A DNA stretch of 34,711 nucleotides from Anaerolineales bacterium (GTDB lineage Bacteria; Chloroflexota; Anaerolineae; Anaerolineales; Villigracilaceae): the NCBI GenBank assembly GCA_035716785.1, contig DASTJG010000112.1, forward strand, positions 1 to 34,711, written 5' to 3'. Under the pieces are notes generated by a model that worked only from the letters and a program-made list of their open reading frames with translations, was not told where the DNA came from and made no database searches. Below, piece by piece: positions 8,930-15,984 of the stretch (position 1 is its first letter; each line of letters begins with the position of its first letter). Position numbers and translations under genes: made by a program.

Positions 8930-9793
8930 CTAGCTGATCAAATCTTCCATCAGTTCCATTGGGACAACTGCCACACCGACGATGCCTGGACCGGTATGTA
9001 CTCCCAACACCGGGGAGATCCGGTTGACTTCCAGTTTGGCGATATTCAATCTTGCCTTGAGCTCATTCGTCATCACCTCCGCTTTTTCGGCGAAGCGACC
9101 ATGCAGGACGGTAACCCACATGGGCGTATGAGCATATTTGTTGAAAAGGTATTCGGCAATCGCATTGATGGATTTTCCAATGGTGCGCCCCGTGCAAACC
9201 GTGCTGTACTTCCCGTCAGTATCCACCCGGATGACCGGCTTGAGATTGAGCAGGGCACCGGCTATGGCTTTGACGCGCCCAATGCGGCCGCCGCGCGCCA
9301 GGTACTCAAGTGTATCCAGGGTGTAAATAACTTCGGTCTTTTCGCGGATCTTTGCCAGTCGTTCCTGAATGGTGTGCAGCGCCCAATTTGCCCTGGCTCC
9401 CATGGCAGCCGCCATGACCTGGAAACGCTCGCCGCCGGAGAGGGTCAGCGTATCCCAAAACGTGACATTCGCTTCGTTCTTGACCTGCTCGCCGCCGTCG
9501 CGCGCCGAATTGATCGTGCCGCTCAAGCCTGACGAAATGTGAACCGACAAAATGTCCTTTTCCACCTGCGCGATCCTGCGATACAGCTCGGCAAAAAGCC
9601 CGCTGGAAGGCTGCGCTGTGGTTGGGATGGCAGGCCGCATAGCTTCCAGGCGATTGTAGAAATCATCTGCTGATATTTGGATGGCGTTCACCTCTCCTTC
9701 CGGGAATTGAATATAGAGAGGCGCTTGTGTGATATCCAACTCCTCTAATTCCTCTGCAGACATGTCTGCCGCGCAATCTGTCACGATCTTCAT
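8930..9793 (-). CDS. DegV/FakB-family fatty-acid-binding protein
   Basis: MKIVTD, PTTAQPS, HISSGLSGT, LEYLARGGRIG, LGVHTGPG. Confidence 0.95.
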   Translation of the reverse strand: MKIVTDCAADMSAEELEELDITQAPLYIQFPEGEVNAIQISADDFYNRLEAMRPAIPTTAQPSSGLFAELYRRIAQVEKDILSVHISSGLSGTINSARDGGEQVKNEANVTFWDTLTLSGGERFQVMAAAMGARANWALHTIQERLAKIREKTEVIYTLDTLEYLARGGRIGRVKAIAGALLNLKPVIRVDTDGKYSTVCTGRTIGKSINAIAEYLFNKYAHTPMWVTVLHGRFAEKAEVMTNELKARLNIAKLEVNRISPVLGVHTGPGIVGVAVVPMELMEDLIS

Positions 9794-9826
9794 TTGAGTC
9801 TCCTCTTCGGTTTCTTTTGCCTTATT

Positions 9827-10408
9827 TCATTTCATCAAACTATTCACCAGCATGGTTGTACTTCCGAGTGCCACTTTCTCCCAGTTCGCGCCTTTTGGGT
9901 CGAGCAGGCTCTGCAGCAGTAATCCCATAGCTGTGGCTACGATCATACGTGATGCCAGCTCAGGATCCACTTCCACAAATGAACCTTCCTCCACGCCTTT
10001 TTTGATTAACGAGGTGAAGTACTTGTGGTAACGGCGGTAGGGAGCAATGCTGGCCTCCCAGATCTTTTTATCGCGGCTGGCTTGCAGCGAAAATTCAAGC
10101 AACATGGGCAGGCTTTCATTTGCCGTTTTGAATATGTAGGGGAAGGCCTCGGTCATCTGCACAAATGTTTCAGGAGCGGTCTTATCTTTCGAGGCTTCGA
10201 TGGCATTGTCGATCGTTTGCAGCCAGCTATCGAGCAGCGCCAGGAAAAGCGCCTGCTTGCTTTCAAAATGATGATAGAACGCGCCTTTGCTGATGCCTGC
10301 TTCTGTGCAAATATCATCCACGCTGGCTTTGTTGTAGCCATGAGCAGAAAATAACTTGAGGGCTGATTCAAGAATTCGAGAACGGGTTTCTTCACTTCTT
10401 TGTTGCAT
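9827..10408 (-). CDS. TetR/AcrR-family regulator
   Basis: RILESALKLF...SVDDIC...GISKGAFYHHFESK. Start moved to ATG 10408 because the longer ORF runs through the promoter/operator. Confidence 0.92.
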   Translation of the reverse strand: MQQRSEETRSRILESALKLFSAHGYNKASVDDICTEAGISKGAFYHHFESKQALFLALLDSWLQTIDNAIEASKDKTAPETFVQMTEAFPYIFKTANESLPMLLEFSLQASRDKKIWEASIAPYRRYHKYFTSLIKKGVEEGSFVEVDPELASRMIVATAMGLLLQSLLDPKGANWEKVALGSTTMLVNSLMK

Positions 10409-10436
10409 AGAGTTCGACTTTAGGCACGCGGGAATA

Positions 10437-10484
10437 AAACCGACCAGTCGGTTTGTTTTTACTGCCAAACGTGTACGCTGTCAA
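10437..10484 (-). promoter_or_regulatory. tetR promoter and palindromic operator
   Basis: TTGACA-17 nt-TAAAAA, followed closely by AAACCGAC-N2-GTCGGTTT (10437-10454), a typical TetR-family operator. Confidence 0.75.
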
Positions 10485-10512
10485 GATAAAAAATAGGCGA
10501 TTTTGTTAAATG

Positions 10513-10540
10513 CCAGTGGACAGCTAAGGCTGTCCACTGG
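10513..10540. repeat. Perfect 12-bp hairpin at the end of the CMD/DUF2892 unit (REP-like or terminator)
   Basis: CCAGTGGACAGC-taag-GCTGTCCACTGG. Confidence 0.6.
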
Positions 10541-10571
10541 TGCGCGGTGAGCAGTTGTGCTCGAACTGCCC

Positions 10572-10781
10572 TTATTTCCTGCGTTCCAATTTTTTCCTCA
10601 GGCCCAGGGGGCGCAGGATCAAATCTGCGGGACACCAATCTGTGATCACACTTTGCAGGGTCATCACACCGACGAAAATGGCCAGCGCAAGTCCAGCGGG
10701 TAAGTTGACCCAATAGGCAATGGCGGCTGCAATGAGGATCATTACGCCCCGGAACAAATCTCTTCCGGTTTCCAGGTACAT
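10572..10781 (-). CDS. Small membrane protein, DUF2892/YgaP-like (69 aa)
   Basis: Two TM helices followed by TDWCPA..L..LG. ATG 10781 follows AGGAGGAG/AAGG. Confidence 0.7.
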   Translation of the reverse strand: MYLETGRDLFRGVMILIAAAIAYWVNLPAGLALAIFVGVMTLQSVITDWCPADLILRPLGLRKKLERRK

Positions 10782-10785
10782 GACC

Positions 10786-11178
10786 TTACTCCTCCTGAGT
10801 ACCAGCAAGTGTTCCAAATGGCTTGCCCCGCGCAGCCAGAAGTGCACGCGTGAGCAGGATCAGGCCCCAGCCGGTCAGCAGGATCGCGAAGATTATCCAA
10901 TCGAGATCGGCGGATGGGAAAACCCGTCCCAACCAGGGACGCGCGAACTCGAGTCCGCCCCAGGCCAGGATCAGGATGCCCAGGACCGTGTTGTCACCCT
11001 TCGTGGGAAGCTGGTTGAGCGACCGGATGATATTCGCCCCCAGCAGGATCAAGCCCGTTCCAACCAGCCCGGTACCAAAAGGCAGGAAATCGAACAGGAT
11101 GGTCATACCCCAGAGGATGGCAAGCAGCCCCCAGCCGACTCTTTCGATGTTTTCATTCAAAATTTCTTTGTTATCCAT
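10786..11178 (-). CDS. Hypothetical integral membrane protein (about 4 TM helices)
   Basis: 130 aa, hydrophobic, tightly packed in the operon, GAAGGA SD. Confidence 0.7.
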   Translation of the reverse strand: MDNKEILNENIERVGWGLLAILWGMTILFDFLPFGTGLVGTGLILLGANIIRSLNQLPTKGDNTVLGILILAWGGLEFARPWLGRVFPSADLDWIIFAILLTGWGLILLTRALLAARGKPFGTLAGTQEE

Positions 11179-11196
11179 TTTGTCCTTCCATTTTTC

Positions 11197-11460
11197 TTAC
11201 AAAGAACCACACCCACAGCCGTCATCCGTCACTGCGACGGGCAATGGGAAGGCAGTATTCAGCTCCGAGGCGAACTTGTCCATTTTGGACGCCGCGCCTT
11301 TGCGGACCCGTTTCCCGACTTCGATCGCTTCGGCGATCTCCCGCTCGTCGGCTCCGCTTTTGCGCGCCATCGTTACCGCGGATTGCAGGCAGGGCTGACA
11401 ATTTGCGCTGACCGCGGCGCCCACCGCGATCAAAGCCTGTATTTGACTTTTTAATTCCAT
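11197..11460 (-). CDS. Carboxymuconolactone decarboxylase/AhpD-like protein with CxxC and C-terminal GCGCG
   Basis: ALIAVGAAVSANCQPCL...ARKSGA..EIAEAIEVG. AAGGAG SD. Confidence 0.85.
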   Translation of the reverse strand: MELKSQIQALIAVGAAVSANCQPCLQSAVTMARKSGADEREIAEAIEVGKRVRKGAASKMDKFASELNTAFPLPVAVTDDGCGCGSL

Positions 11461-11534
11461 GTAACGTCATCTCCTTTTTACCCCGCACGCCACATATTCT
11501 TTCTTCACGAAGCGTGCAGAGTTCTTCACCCCTA

Positions 11535-11562
11535 TTGACGAGTCTCCAGAAAAAAAGATACA
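11535..11562 (-). promoter_or_regulatory. Putative ECF-sigma promoter for the CMD unit
   Basis: Minus strand TGTATC-16 nt (T7 tract)-CGTCAA, immediately downstream of the ECF gene terminator. Confidence 0.6.
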
Positions 11563-11573
11563 CCCCAAAGAAT

Positions 11574-11611
11574 AAAAGACGTCACGGGTTTCTAAAACCT
11601 GTGACGTCTTT
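11574..11611 (-). terminator. Terminator after the ECF sigma gene
   Basis: Minus strand AAAGACGTCACAGGTTT-tag-AAACCCGTGACGTCTTTT. Confidence 0.85.
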
Positions 11612-11612
11612 C

Positions 11613-12191
11613 TTAAAAATTCTTCAACTCCGGTAAGAACTCATTCTCTTCGAGCCAGTACGATTCGCATTTGGTACCTAGCTCTTCTTTGAGCCGTTCT
11701 CTCGCGCGATGGAGCCTGATCTTGACCGCGCCGGAAGAGATCCCCAGCGTTTCGGCAATCTCGCTGTCTTTCAGTCCTTCGAATTCGCTCAGGACAAGGA
11801 CCACTCGATAATTTTCAGGCAGTTTCTGGATAAAGCCCTGGATGCACTCGTTCATTTCCTTGCGGAATATCTGAGGCTCAATCAGGGGAGTCCTCTCTCC
11901 CGTCGCGGCATCGCGATCTTCCAGTTCAGTTTCCTCGCTTGTCGAACAGTCATGAACGATCTGTTTGTGGGACGGACTTCGCAGTCTGTCCAGGGCGGCG
12001 TTGGTCGCGATGCGATAGATCCACGTGGATAGCTGCGACTCGCCTCGAAAGTCCGGCACCGCCTCACTGACTTTGATCAGGACTTCCTGGGTCAGGTCTT
12101 CAGCCTCCGCCTCACCGACAAGGCGTGTCAGGTAACGAAGAATTTTCGGCTGAAAGGCTTCGTAGATTTTGGGGAAATCAAGATCGTTCAT
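11613..12191 (-). CDS. ECF sigma-70 factor with short C-terminal extension
   Basis: Region 2 (AEDLTQEV, FRGESQLSTWIYRIATN) and region 4 (EIAETLGISSGAVKIRLHRAR). Confidence 0.93.
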   Translation of the reverse strand: MNDLDFPKIYEAFQPKILRYLTRLVGEAEAEDLTQEVLIKVSEAVPDFRGESQLSTWIYRIATNAALDRLRSPSHKQIVHDCSTSEETELEDRDAATGERTPLIEPQIFRKEMNECIQGFIQKLPENYRVVLVLSEFEGLKDSEIAETLGISSGAVKIRLHRARERLKEELGTKCESYWLEENEFLPELKNF

Positions 12192-12219
12192 ATTTCCAAA
12201 AGACAGGTGATAGTCACGT

Positions 12220-13032
12220 TTAGGCAGGCTTATATGCTGTGATCTTTGCGCTGTAGACTGCTTTGTAAATATCGTCGCGGGCGATGGTTTTTAGTTCGAC
12301 TACGTCTCCCATGTCGGCAATTGCAGAGTCAACTGTTTCCTTGTCGAAGAAGACAGGGGTGATGGAAATATTCGTAAAGCCGATCGCTTCCATCATGGCG
12401 ATGTAATCCTTTGCTTCGACCGCGCCCGCCACACAGCCTGCCCAGGCGCTCAGACTTTTCTTGATCGGCTCCGGTAACGGACCATCGGTCACAATATCAG
12501 AGACGGCGAATTTAGCGCCGGGTTTTAGTACGCGGAACGCTTCGGTGAAAACCTTGGATTTATCCGGGGCAAGGTTGATGACGCAGTTTGAGATAATAAC
12601 ATCGACACTGTTGGAATCGACCGGCAGATCTTCGAGATAACCCTGGCGAAATTCCACGTTCTGGATGTTCAAGCGCTTCGCACTGGACCGGGCGCGCTCG
12701 ATCATTTCGGGAGTCATGTCCACGCCGATGACGCGGCCCGTCTCGCCGACTTTTTTCGCGGCGAAGAAGCAGTCGAGTCCCGCGCCCGAGCCGAGGTCGA
12801 GGACAGTCTGTCCAGGTTGCAACGAGGCGAGCGTGATCGGGTCGCCGCACCCGTAGCTGACGCTGGTTTCACCATCGGGGAGGGTGGCAAGCAGATCTGC
12901 CGGGTAGAGGTTGCTGTCGGTGCTGCAGCAATCAGAGGTGGAGTCCGGTCCGCAGCACGAAGCGTTGCTCTTGATCCGTTCGGCATAGTGCTTTTGAACC
13001 GTCTCATGAATGGGGGTTGGGGTTTGTGTCAT
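12220..13032 (-). CDS. arsM: Arsenite S-adenosylmethionine methyltransferase
   Basis: N-terminal CC..CC, SYGCGDP, VLDLGSGAGLD, ISNCVINL, WAGCVAGA. Confidence 0.93.
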   Translation of the reverse strand: MTQTPTPIHETVQKHYAERIKSNASCCGPDSTSDCCSTDSNLYPADLLATLPDGETSVSYGCGDPITLASLQPGQTVLDLGSGAGLDCFFAAKKVGETGRVIGVDMTPEMIERARSSAKRLNIQNVEFRQGYLEDLPVDSNSVDVIISNCVINLAPDKSKVFTEAFRVLKPGAKFAVSDIVTDGPLPEPIKKSLSAWAGCVAGAVEAKDYIAMMEAIGFTNISITPVFFDKETVDSAIADMGDVVELKTIARDDIYKAVYSAKITAYKPA

Positions 13033-13061
13033 TTTTTTCTCCTTTTATTGTAATCCTTTAC

Positions 13062-14084
13062 TCAAATTACGAATAAGTTGTAAATGAAACCGAGCACGAT
13101 GGAACCAAGCCAGAGCGTGCCAATTACGATGCCAATGACCCGCCAGCGGGCAATCGTGAACATGCCGCCCAGTGCACCGATCGATGTCCCCGCGCCTGTG
13201 ATCAGAAACGCGAGCGCCGCGCCCTGGCTCATCCCGCTTTCGAGCATGGCACGGACCAGAGGTAAAGAGGCTTCCGAGTTGATGTAGAAGGGCAAACCGA
13301 GAGTCGCGGCGAGTGGAATGCTGTAGGCGTGACCAGCGCCAAACAGACTGGTGATCCAGGCAGTCGGGATTAGCCCGTTGAGCACATATCCGACGAATGT
13401 GAATCCGAAGAAAAGTAGCAGCAGACGTTTGCTGATATCGTACATCTCCTGAACGAATGCACGCAAGGTGACCTTGGGTTTGGCGGATGCAGGTTGAGCG
13501 ACAACGGGCGCTTCTGTGCGGTTCGATGAGCAGCCGCACTGCCCTGCTTCAGCCGCAGGTTGTGCGACCGTCGGCAATTCAATGGGAGCGGGTCCGCCCA
13601 TGATGCCCAGTGACATGGGCGGTTGAGAATCAGCCATGCGGGCCTGGTTCACCAGCCAGCCGCGTGCTTCGGCAAAACTGGCAATGGCGCCGCCTGCCAG
13701 ACCGAGGAGGATGGAAGAAATAAAGAATGCGATGGCGAACGGCCAGCCAAAGATCCCCGCGCTGTAGAAGAGACCTTCGGGGGAAGTAAGAGGCGAGGAG
13801 ACGATGAAGGCAACGATCGGCGCCCAGGGAATCGTGGATGCCATCATCCCCAAAACGATTGCGGTCGTACCACAGGAGCAGAACGGCGTCCCGACGGCGA
13901 TCCCTGTGGCCATGAGCACGCTGTTTTTCGTGTTGCGGTGCAGGAAACGCGCGATTGTCTCCTGGTCCATATAGAATTTGAGCGCCACACTGACAACGAT
14001 ACTGATCAAAAGCAGGTACCAGTTGTGCGCGAAGGTCCCAATGACTTTTGTAAATGCGTCTACGAGAAGAGGTGTGATTTCCAT
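13062..14084 (-). CDS. arsP: ArsP/DUF318-family permease
   Basis: TPFCSCG motif, SSPL, two hydrophobic halves joined by a CGC-containing loop, adjacent to arsM. Confidence 0.82.
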   Translation of the reverse strand: MEITPLLVDAFTKVIGTFAHNWYLLLISIVVSVALKFYMDQETIARFLHRNTKNSVLMATGIAVGTPFCSCGTTAIVLGMMASTIPWAPIVAFIVSSPLTSPEGLFYSAGIFGWPFAIAFFISSILLGLAGGAIASFAEARGWLVNQARMADSQPPMSLGIMGGPAPIELPTVAQPAAEAGQCGCSSNRTEAPVVAQPASAKPKVTLRAFVQEMYDISKRLLLLFFGFTFVGYVLNGLIPTAWITSLFGAGHAYSIPLAATLGLPFYINSEASLPLVRAMLESGMSQGAALAFLITGAGTSIGALGGMFTIARWRVIGIVIGTLWLGSIVLGFIYNLFVI

Positions 14085-14124
14085 TTTTCATCCTTGTCTT
14101 CGATGATTGCATTGAGTTTTGGTA

Positions 14125-14145
14125 ATTATATAGAAGTTCGTCTAT
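14125..14145 (-). promoter_or_regulatory. ArsR-type operator overlapping a TATAAT -10 element upstream of arsP
   Basis: Minus strand ATAGACGAACTTCTAT-ATAAT, the same arrangement as at the arsR promoter. No good -35 seen. Confidence 0.75.
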
Positions 14146-14180
14146 GTATTCGCTTAAAAAAATTCGTACCGATAAGTTCG

Positions 14181-14205
14181 CTCTGCAGCGCTAAGCGCCA
14201 CAGAG
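14181..14205 (-). terminator. Hairpin just after the Cys-rich micropeptide (3' stabiliser or weak terminator)
   Basis: Minus strand CTCTGTGGCGC-tta-GCGCTGCAGAG pairs fully with two G:U pairs only on the minus strand. No adjacent U tract. Confidence 0.5.
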
Positions 14206-14213
14206 GTCTTTCC

Positions 14214-14291
14214 TTAGCAGCAGCCACCGCCGCCGCAACTGCATTCGCCTTCCCCGCAACCGCAGTTATTGAGAACATTCAGTTCATTCAT
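14214..14291 (-). CDS. 25-aa Cys/Gly-rich micropeptide MNELNVLNNCGCGEGECSCGGGGCC (metallothionein-like; not in the ORF track)
   Basis: Full-length SD AAAGGAGGTGA 5 nt before ATG. Six Cys as CxC, CxC and CC. Stop is TAA. Lies between hgcB and arsP. Confidence 0.75.
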   Translation of the reverse strand: MNELNVLNNCGCGEGECSCGGGGCC

Positions 14292-14336
14292 GACATTCAC
14301 CTCCTTTCCTGATTTGATCTCCGGTAGCAATAAAAA

Positions 14337-14609
14337 TCATCCGCAGCTGCAGGAAGCTTCCTTTTGGCCGCGTAGTGCAGCGTTGATCATCGCCGCCGCA
14401 CAGCCGACTCCGCTTTCCACGCGAATGGCGCTGGTCGGGCAATTCAACTGACAGGCTCCGCACTCCATGCAGGCCTGCGCATTGACAAGGTGAGCCAACC
14501 TGCCCTGCATCTCAAATGTTCCGTGTGGACAGACATCCGCGCAGACGCCACAGCCGATGCAGGCGGATGGGTCATATTGAAGCGTGTTGGTTTGATAAGC
14601 ATTGAACAT
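14337..14609 (-). CDS. hgcB: Mercury methylation 2[4Fe-4S] ferredoxin HgcB
   Basis: CIGCGVCADVCP, CMECGACQLNCP, GVGCA, C-terminal CSCG. Starts 11 nt after hgcA. Confidence 0.95.
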   Translation of the reverse strand: MFNAYQTNTLQYDPSACIGCGVCADVCPHGTFEMQGRLAHLVNAQACMECGACQLNCPTSAIRVESGVGCAAAMINAALRGQKEASCSCG

Positions 14610-14620
14610 GGGAACTCCGA

Positions 14621-15589
14621 TCAGCGTACAAAGATGAGTGCAATGTTGAGAAGAACGCCGGCGCCGAACATCCAGGCCATGGCGGGAATGTACCGGGCAA
14701 TCTCACGTCGCACACCACTGCGCGAAGTGAACGTGGTCGAGCCGGTAAAGTTCAACGTCAGATAGGCCGTGATGGGCGGGAGCAACAGAGCATACATTAA
14801 TGCCCAGGCGCTTCGCAGCCATAATTCCGAGTCGGGTAGTTTGAGAAACGCGGAAATTGCAAATGGAATGGCGATGATGCCCCCCAGGATGAATCCCTTC
14901 GTGCTAAAGTCATGAGTGGGGATCCATGGCAGAAGGATAGGGAAGAGAACCACTCCCGCCAGGATGGCTGCAACCGGGCCGTATGCGCCGATCACCGTGA
15001 GTAACAAAAGCAACAGAAGAACGGCGACCAATTCAATGGGGATCAAGGCAATACGATCTCTCAGGGTAAAGCGGACGCGCCGCATTGCGGGAGTGGCTTT
15101 GCGTGTTTTCAAATACTCGGGGAGATCTTCTGCGCGCACCGGTCCATACTCGACCTTGAAGTGAGCGCGCTGTTTGACTTCGTGCGCGGCAACGCCGGGC
15201 GCTCCCAGCTGTGGCAGAATCAAGACCCGATGATTGACAACCTCGTGCAAGCGTGTCGCTTCGATGCGTCTGACCAGTTCATCCGTTCCGAACGTCCCTT
15301 TTCCCGCCGCGCACCAGACATTGACGCCTTGTGTGTCGAGCACAAGGATGTAGCTGTCAATGCCTTTCATTGAAGAACGCAGCGCGTCGAAGCTAAGGGT
15401 GTAATTGGCTGTGACAAGAACAGGTGAGTCGGGTGTGGGGCTTCCGAGCGAATAGAGTCCCGGTTTGACGCGGTGTTCCATGCGCCTGACTGACCAGCGT
15501 GCGAGGATATGATCCCAGATATTGGCAAAGGTCAATTTGCTCGTGGTTGGTCTGGTCGCCGGTAGTGCGTTGGTATCTGTTTCTGCCAT
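14621..15589 (-). CDS. hgcA: Mercury methylation corrinoid protein HgcA
   Basis: Cap-helix NVWCAAGKGTF, TANYTLSFD, PQLGAPG, YGPVRA, C-terminal TM domain with NFTGSTTFTS. ATG 15589 follows AGAGG. Confidence 0.97.
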   Translation of the reverse strand: MAETDTNALPATRPTTSKLTFANIWDHILARWSVRRMEHRVKPGLYSLGSPTPDSPVLVTANYTLSFDALRSSMKGIDSYILVLDTQGVNVWCAAGKGTFGTDELVRRIEATRLHEVVNHRVLILPQLGAPGVAAHEVKQRAHFKVEYGPVRAEDLPEYLKTRKATPAMRRVRFTLRDRIALIPIELVAVLLLLLLLTVIGAYGPVAAILAGVVLFPILLPWIPTHDFSTKGFILGGIIAIPFAISAFLKLPDSELWLRSAWALMYALLLPPITAYLTLNFTGSTTFTSRSGVRREIARYIPAMAWMFGAGVLLNIALIFVR

Positions 15590-15607
15590 TGTGCCTCTAT
15601 TTATCAA

Positions 15608-15623
15608 ATAGATATCCGTCTAT
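15608..15623. promoter_or_regulatory. ArsR-type operator directly upstream of hgcA
   Basis: ATAGA-tatccg-TCTAT, 18 nt before the hgcA ATG. Confidence 0.75.
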
Positions 15624-15638
15624 ATATTCGGATAAAAT

Positions 15639-15670
15639 GAGTGGGATTCGCTTAAAGCAGAATCCCACTC
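15639..15670 (-). terminator. Hairpin between arsR and hgcA (attenuator or weak terminator)
   Basis: GAGTGGGATTC...GAATCCCACTC followed by ATTTTAT on the minus strand. Confidence 0.6.
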
Positions 15671-15672
15671 GA

Positions 15673-15984
15673 TTAGTTTTCCATACTTTTCTTGACGACT
15701 TCGGTTGTCTCTGTCTCGGGCGCGAACTTGATCATTAACTGTCCACAGCAGACCGCGAGATGTTCCTGATTCAGTTCATAGAAAGTTTGTTTGCCTTCTT
15801 CACGAACATTCACAAGATCGGCCTCACGCAAGATCGCCAGGTGGTGAGAGACCGTGGGTTGAGAGACATTCATCTTCTCGACGATCTCATTGACCGACAG
15901 CCAGTTACAACAGCACGCGCTCATGATCTTCTGGCGTGTCTCATCGGCGATCGCTTTGGCAAAGATGACAGGATTTGTTTTCAT
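15673..15984 (-). CDS. arsR: ArsR/SmtB-family metalloregulator
   Basis: KAIADETRQKI, SQPTVSHHLAILREADLV. Cys clusters CCC and C-terminal CCG. Confidence 0.93.
   Translation of the reverse strand: MKTNPVIFAKAIADETRQKIMSACCCNWLSVNEIVEKMNVSQPTVSHHLAILREADLVNVREEGKQTFYELNQEHLAVCCGQLMIKFAPETETTEVVKKSMEN

Noticed and set aside
10720-11454. Plus-strand 244-aa and 191-aa ORFs over the CMD/membrane genes
   Set aside because: Antisense shadows of three minus-strand genes that have good SDs and family motifs
14214-14291. Micropeptide as a RiPP precursor (Cys/Gly-rich core after a short leader)
   Set aside because: No radical-SAM, YcaO, lanthionine synthetase or peptidase-transporter gene in the window; metal binding fits the context better, although modification in trans cannot be excluded
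14621-15589. hgcA as a CdhD/AcsC-like paralog or fused HgcAB
   Set aside because: Intact NVWCAAGK cap helix, C-terminal TM domain and a separate downstream CMECGAC ferredoxin identify canonical hgcAB
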